Assembly: GCA_963737445.1 (NCBI GenBank)
Contig: CAVTSO010000001.1
Coordinates: 398,551-462,550 of the forward strand
DNA length: 64,000 bases
Source of the DNA: an uncultured Actinomycetes bacterium
GTDB taxonomy: Bacteria; Actinomycetota; Thermoleophilia; Gaiellales; JAICJC01
Direction of reading: 5' to 3'
Below, in pieces: positions 32,648-42,957 of the stretch. Numbering within the stretch: the stretch's first letter is position 1; each line of letters opens with the position of its first letter. A program made the translations under genes and the position numbers. Below the pieces are notes generated by a model that did no database searches, was not told the origin of the DNA, and worked only from the letters and a program-made list of their open reading frames with translations.

Positions 32648-33084
32648 GCGCCCTCGCGATCACCCCCCACCTTGTCGTCCGGGATGCCGCAGCCGCGGCC
32701 GAGTGGTACACCGCCGTGCTTGCGGCCGAGGAGCGCGGCCGGCTGGCCGTGCCCGGCGGCAAGCTGATGCAGCTGGAGCTCCGGTTCGGCTCCTCGACGG
32801 TGATGCTGGCCGATGAGTTCCCGGAGATGGGCGTGCTCTCGCCGCTCAGCATCGGCGGCACGGCGACCGTGTTGCACCTGTCGACCGACGACGTGGACGC
32901 CGTCTGGCAGCGCGCAATCGACGGTGGCGCCGAGGTGCGCCAGCCGCTGGCCGAGGCGTTCTGGGGCGAGCGCTACGGGCAGATCACCGACCCGTTCGGC
33001 CATCGCTGGGGGCTCGCCCAGCACGTCCGCGACGTCCCGCGCGAGCAGCTCGAGCACGCCGTGGCCGAGCTGTTCGCCGGATAG
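32644..33084 (+). CDS. VOC/glyoxalase-family protein (PhnB-like)
   Basis: The ATG overlaps the preceding stop (ATGA). ITPHLVVRDAAAAAEWY...FWGERYGQITDPFGHRWGL. Confidence 0.8.
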   Translation: MSALAITPHLVVRDAAAAAEWYTAVLAAEERGRLAVPGGKLMQLELRFGSSTVMLADEFPEMGVLSPLSIGGTATVLHLSTDDVDAVWQRAIDGGAEVRQPLAEAFWGERYGQITDPFGHRWGLAQHVRDVPREQLEHAVAELFAG

Positions 33085-33133
33085 ACGGCCCGGCGGGTCG
33101 CCGGGGGCAGTGCACCCGGCGACCCGTGACCGG

Positions 33134-33633
33134 TCAGCCGAGCGAGACCGCGACCTGCTCCAGCAGGTCGAGCGCGTCCTGCATGCCCGGCTCCATCCCG
33201 GAGTTGATGTGGGCGTCGCGTCCCTCCCTCGTGGGGTGCTCCACCAGCACGGTCAGGAGCGTGCGGCCGTCGCGCTCGGTCAGGGTGAGGGTGTTCAGCG
33301 CCGCGTCCGCTCGCTCGGCGTCGGGAATGCCCTCGTAGACCTCGGTCGAGACGATCCGCTCGTTCGTGACGATCTCCCGGTACTCGCCGTGGAACGCCAC
33401 CTCCATGCCGCTGTCGGTCACGCTCACGTACCGCCAGGCGCCCCCGACTCGCAAGTCGATCTCCGCGATCGTGACCTGGCCGCGGTTGGCGTGCCACCAG
33501 CGCTTGACCAGCTCCGGCGTCGTCCAGGCCTTGTACACCAGGTGCCGGGTGCGTCGAACTCGCGGGTGATCAGGATCTGCCGATCCTCAGGGAGCGTCAC
33601 CGTCGCCGTCCCGCTACTCGTCGCTGCCATCAT
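33134..33633 (-). pseudogene. Aha1/SRPBCC-domain protein, one frameshift
   Basis: The N-terminus MMAATSSGTATVTLPEDRQILITREFDAP is in the frame of ORF 33424..33633. The remainder (VYKAWTTPELVKRWW...) is in ORF 33134..33538. The junction at GCACCCGGCAC (about 33548) looks like a 1-nt loss in a C run. Confidence 0.7.
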
Positions 33634-33967
33634 CTACCTCCTCCGCTTGTAGTACCTCGAGCACGGCATCGAGCTGTTCGAACCGCTCCGACCACGAGCG
33701 CTCGTAGGCCGCCACCCAGTCGTGGATGGGCTTCAGCGCCGGGCCGTTGATCCGGTACAGCCGCTGACGGCCCTGGTCGCGCACGTCCACCGCCCCCACC
33801 TCGCGCAGCACACGCAGGTGCCTCGACACCTGCGGCTGTGCCAGCCCCGTGAGACCGACCAGGTCGTTCACAGGTCGCTCCCCGCCGGCCAGGATGTCCA
33901 GGATCTGCCGGCGCCGCGGCTCGGCCACGGCGTTGAACGCATCTGCGGTTGTGGCTGCTCGTGCCAT
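33614..33967 (-). CDS. ArsR/SmtB-family transcriptional regulator
   Basis: FNAVAEPRRRQILDILAGGERPVNDLVGLTGLAQPQVSRHLRVLREVG. Confidence 0.85.
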   Translation of the reverse strand: MARAATTADAFNAVAEPRRRQILDILAGGERPVNDLVGLTGLAQPQVSRHLRVLREVGAVDVRDQGRQRLYRINGPALKPIHDWVAAYERSWSERFEQLDAVLEVLQAEEVDDGSDE

Positions 33968-34058
33968 GGCCGCATCATATATCTATATCGATATATGTCA
34001 ATCCGAGGACGCCGGGGCGTGGCTTGAACCGGCATCGCCCGGTGGGTACTGTTGAGGG

Positions 34059-34706
34059 GTGATCTCGGACACCAGCGCCTCCCCAGTCCTCACCCGCGAC
34101 GAGTCGCACGCCCTGTTCGGGCAGACGATGGGATTCGTGGCGCTGACCTCGGCGTTCTTCGCGCTGGGCGCCTACCTCGGCCGCGACATGGCCTATCAGT
34201 GGGGTTGGCTGTGGTTCATCGTCGCGATCGTCTGCCTGTTCGGGCTGCAGGCGGCGGTCGCACGATCGGAGCAGCTGGCCATCGTCCTGCTGCTCACGTT
34301 CGGCCTCGTGATGGGGCTCGCGGTTGCGCCCACGATCGCCTACTACGTGAGCACGAACCCGCAGGCGGTGTGGCAGGCGGGCGGCGCAACGGCGCTGTTC
34401 ATCGCCGGGTTCGGAGCCGCCGGGTACGCGACCCGGCGCGACCTCTCCAACCTCGCCCGGCTTCTGTTCTTCGCGCTGCTGGCGCTGATCATCTTTGGCA
34501 TCGTCACGATCTTCGTGCGGATTCCGAACGGCCAGCTGATCTACGCGGTGCTGGGACTGATCATCTTCGCCGGCTTCACGATGGTCGACTTCCAGCGCCT
34601 GCGCCGCTCCCAGGACATCCGGGTCGCGCCGTTGCTGGCGGCCTCGATCTTCCTCGACGTCCTGAACGTCTTTCTGCTCTTCCTCAGCATCTTTGGACGG
34701 CGCTAG
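34059..34706 (+). CDS. Bax-inhibitor-1/YccA-family membrane protein
   Basis: 215 aa with 7 TM helices. The C-terminus is LDVLNVFLLFLSIFG. Confidence 0.8.
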   Translation: MISDTSASPVLTRDESHALFGQTMGFVALTSAFFALGAYLGRDMAYQWGWLWFIVAIVCLFGLQAAVARSEQLAIVLLLTFGLVMGLAVAPTIAYYVSTNPQAVWQAGGATALFIAGFGAAGYATRRDLSNLARLLFFALLALIIFGIVTIFVRIPNGQLIYAVLGLIIFAGFTMVDFQRLRRSQDIRVAPLLAASIFLDVLNVFLLFLSIFGRR

Positions 34707-35607
34707 CCCGAGCTGTCATCCGAGACGCGGGTCAACACCTCGAACAGCCCTGCCAGGTCACGCTCTCCGTAGCCGGTTGCGCGGGCCACGGTCAGCATCT
34801 GGTCCGCGGTCGCGGCTGACGGCAGCGAGACGGGCAGCCGGCGACCGGCCTCCAGCGCGAGCGCCACGTCCTTCTGCATCAGCTCGATGTTGAACCACGC
34901 CTCGTCCGGCAACTCCAGGAGCAGGTCGGCGCGCGCCTTCAGCATCGGCGAGCCGATCGGGCTCTGGGTCATGACCTCGATGGCGAGCCCGCGGTCGATG
35001 CCGGATCGTTCGGCGAGCAGCAGCCCTTCCGAGAACGCGAGCATCTGAACGGCGAGGCTGATGTTGATCGCGAGCTTCAGCACGAGTCCCTGCCCGTTCT
35101 CCCCCACGCGCGTGGGCGTGCCCAGCTCGCGCAGTACCGGCTCGACGCGCGCGTAGGCGTGCTCGTCTCCGCCGATCATGATCGTGAGCGTTCCGCTCTG
35201 CACCTGCGGGACGCTGCCCGATACCGGCGCGTCCAGCATCGCCGCCCCCTGTGCGCGCACCCGCTCGGCAAGCTCGCGGCTCGCGTGCGGGCTGACCGTG
35301 CTCATGTCGACCCAGATCTGATCCGGGGCGAGACCGGCGAGGATGCCGTCGGGCCCGGATGCCGACCGTGTCGAGCACGTCGTCGTCGGGCACCGAGGTG
35401 AAGAGGACTCGGCGGCCTCGGCGACCTCGCGCGGCGTGTCGCGCCACTGCAGGCCGTCGTCGCATCGAGCCCCTGCGCGTGGGCGCGGCTTCGTTTCTCG
35501 CCGTAGACCGGGTAGCCGGCGGCCAGGAACCGGGCGGCCATGTTGCCGCCCATGTGGCCGAGGCCGACAAAGCCGATCCTCGTCGGCGTTGCGGTATCGG
35601 TGGCCAT
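34703..35607 (-). pseudogene. NAD(P)-dependent 3-hydroxyisobutyrate/6-phosphogluconate-dehydrogenase-family oxidoreductase, three frameshifts
   Basis: ATG 35607 gives MATDTATPTRIGFVGLGHMGGNMAARFLAAGYPVYGE. It continues /DGLQWRDTPREVAEAAE/VLFTSVPDDDVLDTV/ASGPDGILAGLAPDQIWVDMSTVSP, then the intact C-terminal ORF 34703..35305. Confidence 0.75.
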
Positions 35608-35608
35608 G

Positions 35609-36573
35609 TCACGCCCTCCCTTCGATGGTGGCGATGTCCTCGTCGCTGAGCTCGAGCTCGTGCCGCGGCGATGATCGGGTCGACCTGGTCGGGGCGGCGG
35701 AAGCCGATGATAGCGCCGTCGACCGCCGGGTTTAGCAGCGTCCACGCGACCGCGACCGCTCCCGGGCGTCGTGCCGTGGCGATCGGCGACCTGTCCGCAG
35801 CCGGTCGACCAGCGCGAGGTGCTCGCGAGAGCTGCGGCTCCTGGAAGCGCGCGCTGCGCTTGCGCCAGTCGTCCTCGGGCAGCTGCTCGACCCGCTCGCG
35901 CGTCATCGCCCCGGTGAGCAGGCCCGAGCCCATCGGCGAGTAGACGATCACGCCGATCCCCTCGCGCTCGGCGAAGGGGAGGATCTCCTCCTCGACCTCG
36001 CGCGCGACCAGCGAGTACGGCGGCTGCAGCGTCTCGACGGGAGCGATCTGCTGGATCTGCCGCAGCTGCTCGACGCTGAAGTTGGAGACGCCGATGTGGC
36101 GGACGAGACCCTGCTCCTTCAGCTCGGCCAGCGTCGACCAGCCCTCCTCGATCTCGCTCCGCGGGATCGGCCAGTGGATCTGGTAGAGATCGATCGCATC
36201 CACTCCGAGCCGCGCGAGGCTCCCCTCCAGCCTCGCGCCGAAGCGAGTCGCGCCGCAGGCTCTGGATCGTCGTGCGGCCCGGCCCCTCGGGCTGCCCGCC
36301 CTTCGTGAACACGTACGGGCGCTCGACCGAGACCGGCGAGCGCGCGGCCGACGACCTCCTCGGAGTGCCCGAAGCCGTACTGCGCAGCCGTGTCGATCCA
36401 GTTCACGCCCAGGTCGAGCGCGTGATGGATGGCCGCAATCGACTCGTCGTCCTCCTGGTTGCCCCACCCCCAGTCGTAGCCGGCGCCCCCGATCGCCCAC
36501 GCGCCGAAGCCGACGCGGGTGATCTCAAGCCCGGTCTGGCCGAGTTCCGTCGTTGAGAGTCGTGTGGTCTGCA
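35609..36573 (-). pseudogene. aldo/keto reductase, at least five frame changes
   Basis: ATG 36573 follows GAAGGAGGAG. Recognisable AKR blocks lie in alternating frames: GFGAWAIGG...IDTAAQYGFGHSEEVVG / RPYVFTKGG...SLRRDSLRRE / LEGSLARLGVDAIDLYQIHWP...HIGVSNF...YSPMGSGLLTG / VADRHGTTPG / AVAVAWTLLNPAVDGAIIGFRRPDQV / HELELSDEDIATIEGRA*. Confidence 0.75.
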
Positions 36574-36656
36574 TCGCTGCTCCTCCTTCTTCTCTCTTCA
36601 GAACCGTATCGCGCTCACGATAGCACATATTCGAAACTGATCGTATCGTTTCTGAT

Positions 36657-37226
36657 ATGATTAGGGAATCACGTAGTAACGAGAGGAGCACGGGCATGAG
36701 TTTGATGACACTGGCGCCCCGGCGGACGGGGCGAAACGCGGCGGATGACCGGCCGGTGGCGCAGTCGTTTCTGCTCCAGCGGGTGCAGCCCGCGCTGACG
36801 GGGCTGATCGACGGCTCGCTGTCGACGCTGGCGCCGATCTTCGCCGTCGCGCTGGCCACGCACCAGCCGCACTACGCCTTTCTGGCGGGCGTGGCGACGG
36901 CCATCGGCGCCGGGGTCAGCATGGCGTTCTCGGAGGGGCTCTCCGACAGCGGTGAGCTGACGGGCCGCGGCAACCCCTACCTGCGCGGCGCCATCACCGG
37001 CGTGGGCACATTCGCCGGCGGCATCCTGCACACGCTGCCGTTCCTGATCCCGCAGTACCAGGCGGCCCTGACGGCGGCCGTGATCACTGTGGCGCTGGAG
37101 CTCGTCGTGCTGGCCTGGATCCGGTCACGCTTCTTCCAGACCGGGTTCCTGCGATCGGTCGCCTCGGTATCGCTCGGCGGCGTGATCATCGTCACCATCA
37201 GCGCGGCGCTGGGAGCAGCAAGTTGA
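36657..37226 (+). CDS. VIT1/CCC1-family (iron/manganese transporter-like) membrane protein
   Basis: LTGLIDGSLSTLAPIFAVA...GVSMAFSEGLSD...GGILHTLPFLIP. The start may be ATG 36696. Confidence 0.75.
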   Translation: MIRESRSNERSTGMSLMTLAPRRTGRNAADDRPVAQSFLLQRVQPALTGLIDGSLSTLAPIFAVALATHQPHYAFLAGVATAIGAGVSMAFSEGLSDSGELTGRGNPYLRGAITGVGTFAGGILHTLPFLIPQYQAALTAAVITVALELVVLAWIRSRFFQTGFLRSVASVSLGGVIIVTISAALGAAS

Positions 37227-37855
37227 CCGCCGCAACCAGCAACGCGTCCTCCCCCGCCCTGCGGCGCGGGCGGCCACGCAGCGAGATGCGCAAGCAGGCG
37301 ATCCTGCAGGCCGCGTTCGAACTGCTCGGGGAGCGGGGGCTCGCTGCGACCAGCATGGACGCCGTGGCCGAGCGGGCGGGCGTCAGCAAGGCCACGATCT
37401 ACCGCTGGTGGGACTCGAAGGAGCTGCTCGCGCTGGACGCGCTCTATGCGGCATGGGATAGCTCCGGCCCGGCCACTCACCAGACCGGCACGCTCCGGGC
37501 AGAGATGCTGGCGCTGGTGCGCCCCTGGGTGCGGCTGGTCGCGACGGGGCCTTCCGCCCGGATCCTGACCGCTCTGCTGGCCGAGGCCCAGAACGATCCC
37601 GAGTTCGGCCAGGCGTACCGTGCACACTTCATCGAGCCGCGCCGCGACCAGGCACGGGCAGCCTTCTCGCGCGCGATCGCCCGCGGAGAGATCCCCGCCG
37701 GCACCGACGTCGAAGTCGCGATCGACCTGCTGTGGGGCCCCCTCTACCACCGCCTGTTTCACAGACACGCGCCGCTCAACGAGCGCTTCGCCCGCCGATC
37801 GGTGGACACGGCGCTCGCCGGCATCCTCCCGCGCGAGACCACCGGCCCCGAGTGA
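37223..37855 (+). CDS. TetR-family transcriptional regulator
   Basis: The TTG start overlaps the previous stop. HTH MDAVAERAGVSKATIYRWWDSKELL. Confidence 0.85.
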   Translation: MTAATSNASSPALRRGRPRSEMRKQAILQAAFELLGERGLAATSMDAVAERAGVSKATIYRWWDSKELLALDALYAAWDSSGPATHQTGTLRAEMLALVRPWVRLVATGPSARILTALLAEAQNDPEFGQAYRAHFIEPRRDQARAAFSRAIARGEIPAGTDVEVAIDLLWGPLYHRLFHRHAPLNERFARRSVDTALAGILPRETTGPE

Positions 37856-37876
37856 CGCGCCGGCCGGCCGGTCGGC

Positions 37877-38272
37877 TCACACGGGTTGCCCGTAGACGGA
37901 GAGCGCGACGGCGACGTTGCCGCGGGTCGCGTTCGAATACGAAGCCGCCGCCGGCGCTGCCGGGACCGATGCCGACCCGGGAAGCGATCTGCGATCCGCT
38001 CGCGTCGACGTTTCGGCCCTGCGCAATCGCGAGCAGCGCCGACTGGAAACACGCCGCGTAGCCGACCGCGAACAGCTGCTCCGGGTTCGTCCCGGGCCCG
38101 TCATCGCCGCGGGCACCGAGAGATCGACCTCGAGCCGGCCATCGCTCGTGCGGCCGTGTCCTCCGCGACCACCCTCGACGAGCGTTTCGGCCGTGTAGAG
38201 GACGCGCTTCAGTTTGGGGGGCGACACGGCTGGACCGGGCTCCCGTCCTGGATGCTGCTGCTGGTCGGTCAC
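37877..38272 (-). pseudogene. Ohr/OsmC-family peroxiredoxin, two frameshifts
   Basis: VLYTAETLVEGGRGGHGRTSDGRLEVDLSVP is in one frame. GTNPEQLFAVGYAACFQSALLAIAQ, with the conserved Cys, is in a second. The sequence then returns to the first for SYSNATRGNVAVAL. Confidence 0.7.
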
Positions 38273-38426
38273 GGTGGCCTCCTCGTCTGGCGGTTGACGA
38301 CATCGATGGTATTTCCGGACAGCCGGCCACTGGGGTCACGGACCACGGTATGGCCGATGCGACCGCCCCGCCGCGCGGGCACGATCCGGCGACGACCGAA
38401 CCCCAACCAACCGAAGGAGATCCTCC

Positions 38427-39357
38427 GTGAGTATCGAGCAGCAACAGACCCTCGACGCGATCCTGAGCCAGGCAGCGCTCCCCGTCGGCAGCAGCGTCGA
38501 CGAGCAGCGGCAGCTGCTCAAGGAGCTGGTATCCGCGCAGCCGCTGCCGGCCGAGGTGACCGTGACCGCAGCGGAAGTGGGCGGCGTCCCGACCGCCGAG
38601 GTCACCGTCGACGGAATCTAGGCTCGCCACGTGGTGCTGTCCTTCCACGGCGGCGTGTACGTGATCGGGGACGCCTTCCTCGCCGCCGAGCTGGCCTCAC
38701 AAGTCGGCCGGCGGACGAACGCGAAGGTCATCTCCGTCGATTACCGGCTCGCCCCGAGCACCCGTATCCGGCGGGGGTTGAGGACGCGCTTGCGGCCTAC
38801 CAGGCGCTGCTGCAGGACGGCATCGCTCCGTCGAACATCGCCTTCGCGGGAGAGTCCGCCGGCGGCGGTCTGGCCGTCGCCACTCTGGTCAACGCCCGCG
38901 ATCACGGACTGCCCCTGCCGGCGGCGGCCTACGTCATGTCACCGTACGTCGACCTCACCCTGGCCGGGACGACGATGGAGACCCGGCGCGAGGCCCACCC
39001 GCTGCTCAGCCGGGAGCTCCTCCAACCGCGAGTGACCGACTATGCGTCGGGACACGCGCCTCTGGCCTGACCAGCCCCCTGTTCGCCGACCTGTCCGGCC
39101 TGCCGCCGCTGCTGATCCAGGCCGGAACGCACGAGGTGCTGCTCGACGATGCCGTCCGCCTCGCGGCACAGGCCGCCGCCGCCGCCGACGTCGCGGTCAC
39201 GCTCGACATCACCCCCGGGGTGCCCCACGTGTTCCAGGCCTACCGCGCGATCCTCGACGAAGGTGCGGCGACGCTGGACCGAGCCGGGCAGTTCCTGTCG
39301 GCGCGCCTCGCCGGTGCGGAAGAAGGCGTTACCGGACAGCCGGCGGTGTCCTCGTAA
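38427..39357 (+). pseudogene. alpha/beta-hydrolase (HSL-type esterase/lipase), in-frame stop plus two frameshifts
   Basis: An in-frame TAG at 38619 sits before VVLSFHGGVYVIGD (the HGG box). The frame changes at about 38760 (DYRLAP/EHPYPAGVEDA...GESAGGGLA, the GXSXG motif) and at about 39065 (SPLFADLSGLPPLLIQAGTHEVLLDD...HVF). Confidence 0.7.
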
Positions 39358-39358
39358 C

Positions 39359-40365
39359 TCAAGGGTCGGACACGCGCAGCACGATCTTGCCGAACCGGTC
39401 GCGATCGAGCAAGCCGCCGCGCCGCCGCATCGATGTCCTCCAGGACGTGGACGCTGTCGATCACCGGCCGCCAGGAGTGCGTGGAGACATGGTCGAGCAG
39501 CGCCAGGTACTCCTCCGGACTGCCCATGGTCGTGCCCACGATCGAGCGCCACGCCCAGTACACCTCGGAGACGGGGATGGTCGACGTCTCGCCGCCGGTG
39601 TCGCCGAAGCTGACCAGCACGCCACCCCACCGCAACGCCGGCAGGGCCTCCGGCCAGCAGTCCGCACCCCAGCTGTCGATCACGGCGTCGAACACTGCCG
39701 GCTGCCTCACGCAGGCTCGATCCCCAGCCCGGCTGCGAATAGAGGACGCCGCCGCGGGCACCCAGCTCCCGCACACGCTCGAGCTTCGCATCCGTCGAGG
39801 TGGTGACCCACACCTCGCTGCCGACCGCGGCCGCGATCTGGACAGCGAAGGTCGCCACCCCGCTGCCGGCGCCCGTCACCAGGACGCGGCGTCCCGGGCC
39901 GGCGCCCGCACCGGTGATCGCAGCCCGCCAGGCCGTGAGTCCGGCAAGGTTCAATGCAGCCGACTCCTCCCACGAAAGGGCGGTCGGCCGCGGCGCGACG
40001 TTGGCCGCCGGTACCACGACCCGGTCGGCAAAGGTGCCGTCGCGCGGCGAGCCCAGGATCTCGAACGTCTCGGTGGGTACGTGCTCGCCGGCATTCCAGC
40101 CGAGCGTCGGGTTGATCACGACCTCGTCTCCCACCGAGACCGTCGCGACGCCGGCGCCCACCGCGGTGACCACCCCGGCGGCGTCGGAGCCGAGCGTCAC
40201 CGGCGCGCCGTCAGAGGCCTCCCGCCAGATCCACCAGTCTCGCCGGTTCAACGCCGCGGTGACGACACGCACGACCACCTCGCCGTCACCGGCAACGGGC
40301 TCGGCCACATCCACCTCCCGGAAGACGGGCGGGTCCCCGGGGCTGACCAGGCGCATCGCTCGCAT
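39359..40365 (-). pseudogene. zinc-type alcohol dehydrogenase / quinone oxidoreductase, two frameshifts
   Basis: The N-terminus is intact (MRAMRL...VLVTGAGSGVATFAVQIA). The frame changes at about 39700 (GVFDAVIDSWG...) and at about 39420 (LDRDRFGKIVLRVSDP*). Confidence 0.7.
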
Positions 40366-40370
40366 CGCGG

Positions 40371-41096
40371 CTACACCTCCTCGTAGTCGACCATCAGCAC
40401 ATCGACGGCGGTCGACCCGCCGTCCACCATCAGGATCGCGCCGGTGACGTACGACGCATCGTCCGACGCGAGGTAGCAGATCGCCGAGGCGATCTCCTCG
40501 GGCTCCCCCGCGCGTCGCAGCGGCGCGAACCGCGTGACCTTGCGATAGGCGTCATCGGCGTCCTCGCTGATCTTGCCCATGTCCTCCTCGCCCATCGGGG
40601 TGCGCACCCAACCCGGGCAGACCGCATTCGCCCGCACGCCGTGGGGTCCCAGTCTGACCGCCAGCGAGCGCGTCAGCATGACCAGCCCCGCCTTGGCGGC
40701 GTTGTAGTCGGCGTCGACCGCGCCGGAGACCATGGCCGCGGTGGAGGCGACCGTGACGATGGAGCCGTGCCTCGCGATCAGGTCGCGCTCGGCGAGTTCG
40801 GACAGGTGGTGGGCCGCAGTCAGGTTGACCGCGATCCCGTGGTCCCAGCCGGTGCCCGAGACTCCGGCGTTGTGGACGAGGACGTCGAGCGGGCCGGCCG
40901 CCTCGACGGCCCGGCGGCAGTCGTCGGTGTTGCTGACGTCACCGACGACGAAATTCGGGGAGATCGACTCCAGCGGGGCCTTGCGGCGGCCCATCACGGT
41001 CACCACGGCCCCCTCCTCGATCATGCGGGTGGCGACCGCGGCACCGATGCCGGTTCCGCCACCGGTGATCAGCGCGCGCTTGCCTGCGAACCGCAT
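40371..41096 (-). CDS. SDR-family oxidoreductase
   Basis: GKRALITGGGTGIGAA, NAG and YNAAKAG. Confidence 0.9.
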   Translation of the reverse strand: MRFAGKRALITGGGTGIGAAVATRMIEEGAVVTVMGRRKAPLESISPNFVVGDVSNTDDCRRAVEAAGPLDVLVHNAGVSGTGWDHGIAVNLTAAHHLSELAERDLIARHGSIVTVASTAAMVSGAVDADYNAAKAGLVMLTRSLAVRLGPHGVRANAVCPGWVRTPMGEEDMGKISEDADDAYRKVTRFAPLRRAGEPEEIASAICYLASDDASYVTGAILMVDGGSTAVDVLMVDYEEV

Positions 41097-42274
41097 CAGT
41101 GGGCTTCCAGTCGTGGCGAGGGAGTGCCGTTCAGCATCGCTTTGTACTCCTTGTGGAAGGTGTGAAGGCAGCGGTCGGCATAGGGGAGCACGCCGCCCTG
41201 GGCATAGCCGCGCGAGCGTGATCCCCGCTGCGCGTTCTCGCAGACGGCCCAATCCTGCAGCGCGAGCTCGTGTCGAAAGTCCACGAGCTCGGACGGGTCG
41301 AAGTCCGGTGCCGCAACCGTTTCGGCCGCGAACAGGTAGTGACACGTCACGCGGGTCTCGGCAGGCGCCTCCGGCTGCAGAAGGAAGGTCGAAACGGTGT
41401 CTGAGTGGTAGTTGATGATCAGGTTTGGAAGCAGCGTGAGACCGTAGAACATGCCCAGATCGACCGCTTCCAGGCCGGGCAGATGGGGCAGGCGGGAGCG
41501 GCCCCGGGGGGTGAACGAGGTGAAGCCGTCGCGAAGCTGGTTGCCGCTCCCGGTCTGGCCGGGTTCTTCCTCGACCTCGCCGCGCTTGTAGACCGGAACG
41601 ATCTCCACGAGCTGCGGATGCACGGTCGGGCAGTGCAGGCACTCGTTGTAGTTCTCTATCAGGATCTTCCAGTTCGCGGCGACCCGGTACTCGCGCCGCG
41701 ACCCGATGACCAGGTCGCCGACCCCGTATCGCTCCCACTGGAGTGGATCGTCGCTGGACCATGCCGCCAGGTGGTCGGTCAGCTCGCCACTGTCGCCGGC
41801 GATCGACACCCAGACGAACCCCTCCCACAGGTCGAGCCGCACCTCGTGCAGGCCGAGCCGTTCTCGCGACAGCCGTTCGCCGCGGCGGACGTTCGGCGTG
41901 GCGAGCAGTCGGCCGTCGAGCCCGTACGACCACGCGTGGTAGGGGCAGCGGATCGCACTCACCGACCCAGATCCCTGGCAGAGCTGGGAGCCCCGGTGGC
42001 GGCACACGTTGAGGAACGCGCGCAGGCTGCCGTCGGCGCCGCGCACGATCAGGACGCTCTCGCCGGCCACGTTCGCGACGACGAACGAGCCGGTTTCGGG
42101 CAGCTCCTCAGCTCGCCCCACGCAGAACCACGATCCCTGGAACAGGCGCTCGCGCTCGACCTCGAACACCTCGTCCGAGCAGTAGTCGCGACCGGGCAGC
42201 GTCGCCGCCGGATCCCATCGCGCAGCGTCGTCGGCGTGGGGATCGACCCGCCGCGTCGAGGTCGCATCCGACAT
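41096..42274 (-). CDS. Rieske [2Fe-2S] aromatic-ring-hydroxylating oxygenase, alpha-subunit type
   Basis: CRHRGSQL...CPYHAWSY Rieske motif, and a mononuclear-iron region NYNECLHCPTVH. ATG 42274 overlaps the TetR stop (TGATG). Confidence 0.85.
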   Translation of the reverse strand: MSDATSTRRVDPHADDAARWDPAATLPGRDYCSDEVFEVERERLFQGSWFCVGRAEELPETGSFVVANVAGESVLIVRGADGSLRAFLNVCRHRGSQLCQGSGSVSAIRCPYHAWSYGLDGRLLATPNVRRGERLSRERLGLHEVRLDLWEGFVWVSIAGDSGELTDHLAAWSSDDPLQWERYGVGDLVIGSRREYRVAANWKILIENYNECLHCPTVHPQLVEIVPVYKRGEVEEEPGQTGSGNQLRDGFTSFTPRGRSRLPHLPGLEAVDLGMFYGLTLLPNLIINYHSDTVSTFLLQPEAPAETRVTCHYLFAAETVAAPDFDPSELVDFRHELALQDWAVCENAQRGSRSRGYAQGGVLPYADRCLHTFHKEYKAMLNGTPSPRLEAH

Positions 42275-42930
42275 CAGGATGGCTCGCTCCGAAGAGCCTC
42301 GCAACCGAGGATTGCCGCCAGCGCATCCAGCACGATCGCCGCCGCGCGCGTGCTGATCATGCCGGGATGCTCGAGCACGACCGGAACGCCGACGCCGTCC
42401 AGCAGGGCGAGCACCTGGATCGCGGCCTGATCCGTGTCCAGATCGCTGCGGAAGTCTCCAGCCGCGCAGCCGTCCGCCAGGATGCCGCCGACCAGCGTCC
42501 GCCAACGCGCGTAGACGGCAGCCGAACCGGCCCGAAGCTCGCTGTCGCGGGCCGCCGCGCGCCAGTACTCGACCCACACCAGCCACTGCTCGCGGGTCGT
42601 CTCGTCGCTGTCGGCGATCACGCTCTCGCACACCAGCGCGCGCAACTGCGCAACCGCTCCCAAGACGGCCGCTGCCGCCTGCTGCGCCCGCTCGAGATCG
42701 GCCTCGGCCGCATCCTCGAGGGCTGCGATGATGAGATCCTCGCGGCTGCCGAAGCTGTATTGCAGCGTGCTCACCGCCGAACCGGTCTCATCGGCGACGT
42801 CGCGAAACCGCGTGGCGTCGGCCCCGCGAAGTGCGATCACCCGCCGCGCGCCGTGCAGCACGTCGCGCTTGCCCCGCCCGGCCCGGCGCCGGCGATGGCG
42901 TGATCCCGTATCTCTGTATGGTTCAGTCAT
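42274..42930 (-). CDS. TetR-family transcriptional regulator
   Basis: HTH FRDVADETGSAVSTLQYSFGSREDL. Confidence 0.85.
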   Translation of the reverse strand: MTEPYRDTGSRHRRRRAGRGKRDVLHGARRVIALRGADATRFRDVADETGSAVSTLQYSFGSREDLIIAALEDAAEADLERAQQAAAAVLGAVAQLRALVCESVIADSDETTREQWLVWVEYWRAAARDSELRAGSAAVYARWRTLVGGILADGCAAGDFRSDLDTDQAAIQVLALLDGVGVPVVLEHPGMISTRAAAIVLDALAAILGCEALRSEPS

Positions 42931-42957
42931 ACCGAGACCCTACCAGGAGGAAATCCA

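Noticed and set aside
33661-33690. GTTCGAACCGCTCC, partly resembling the tRNA-like fragment at 47763.
   Set aside because: It lies inside the well-supported ArsR coding sequence and matches over only about 13 nt. This is most likely coincidence rather than a second att site.
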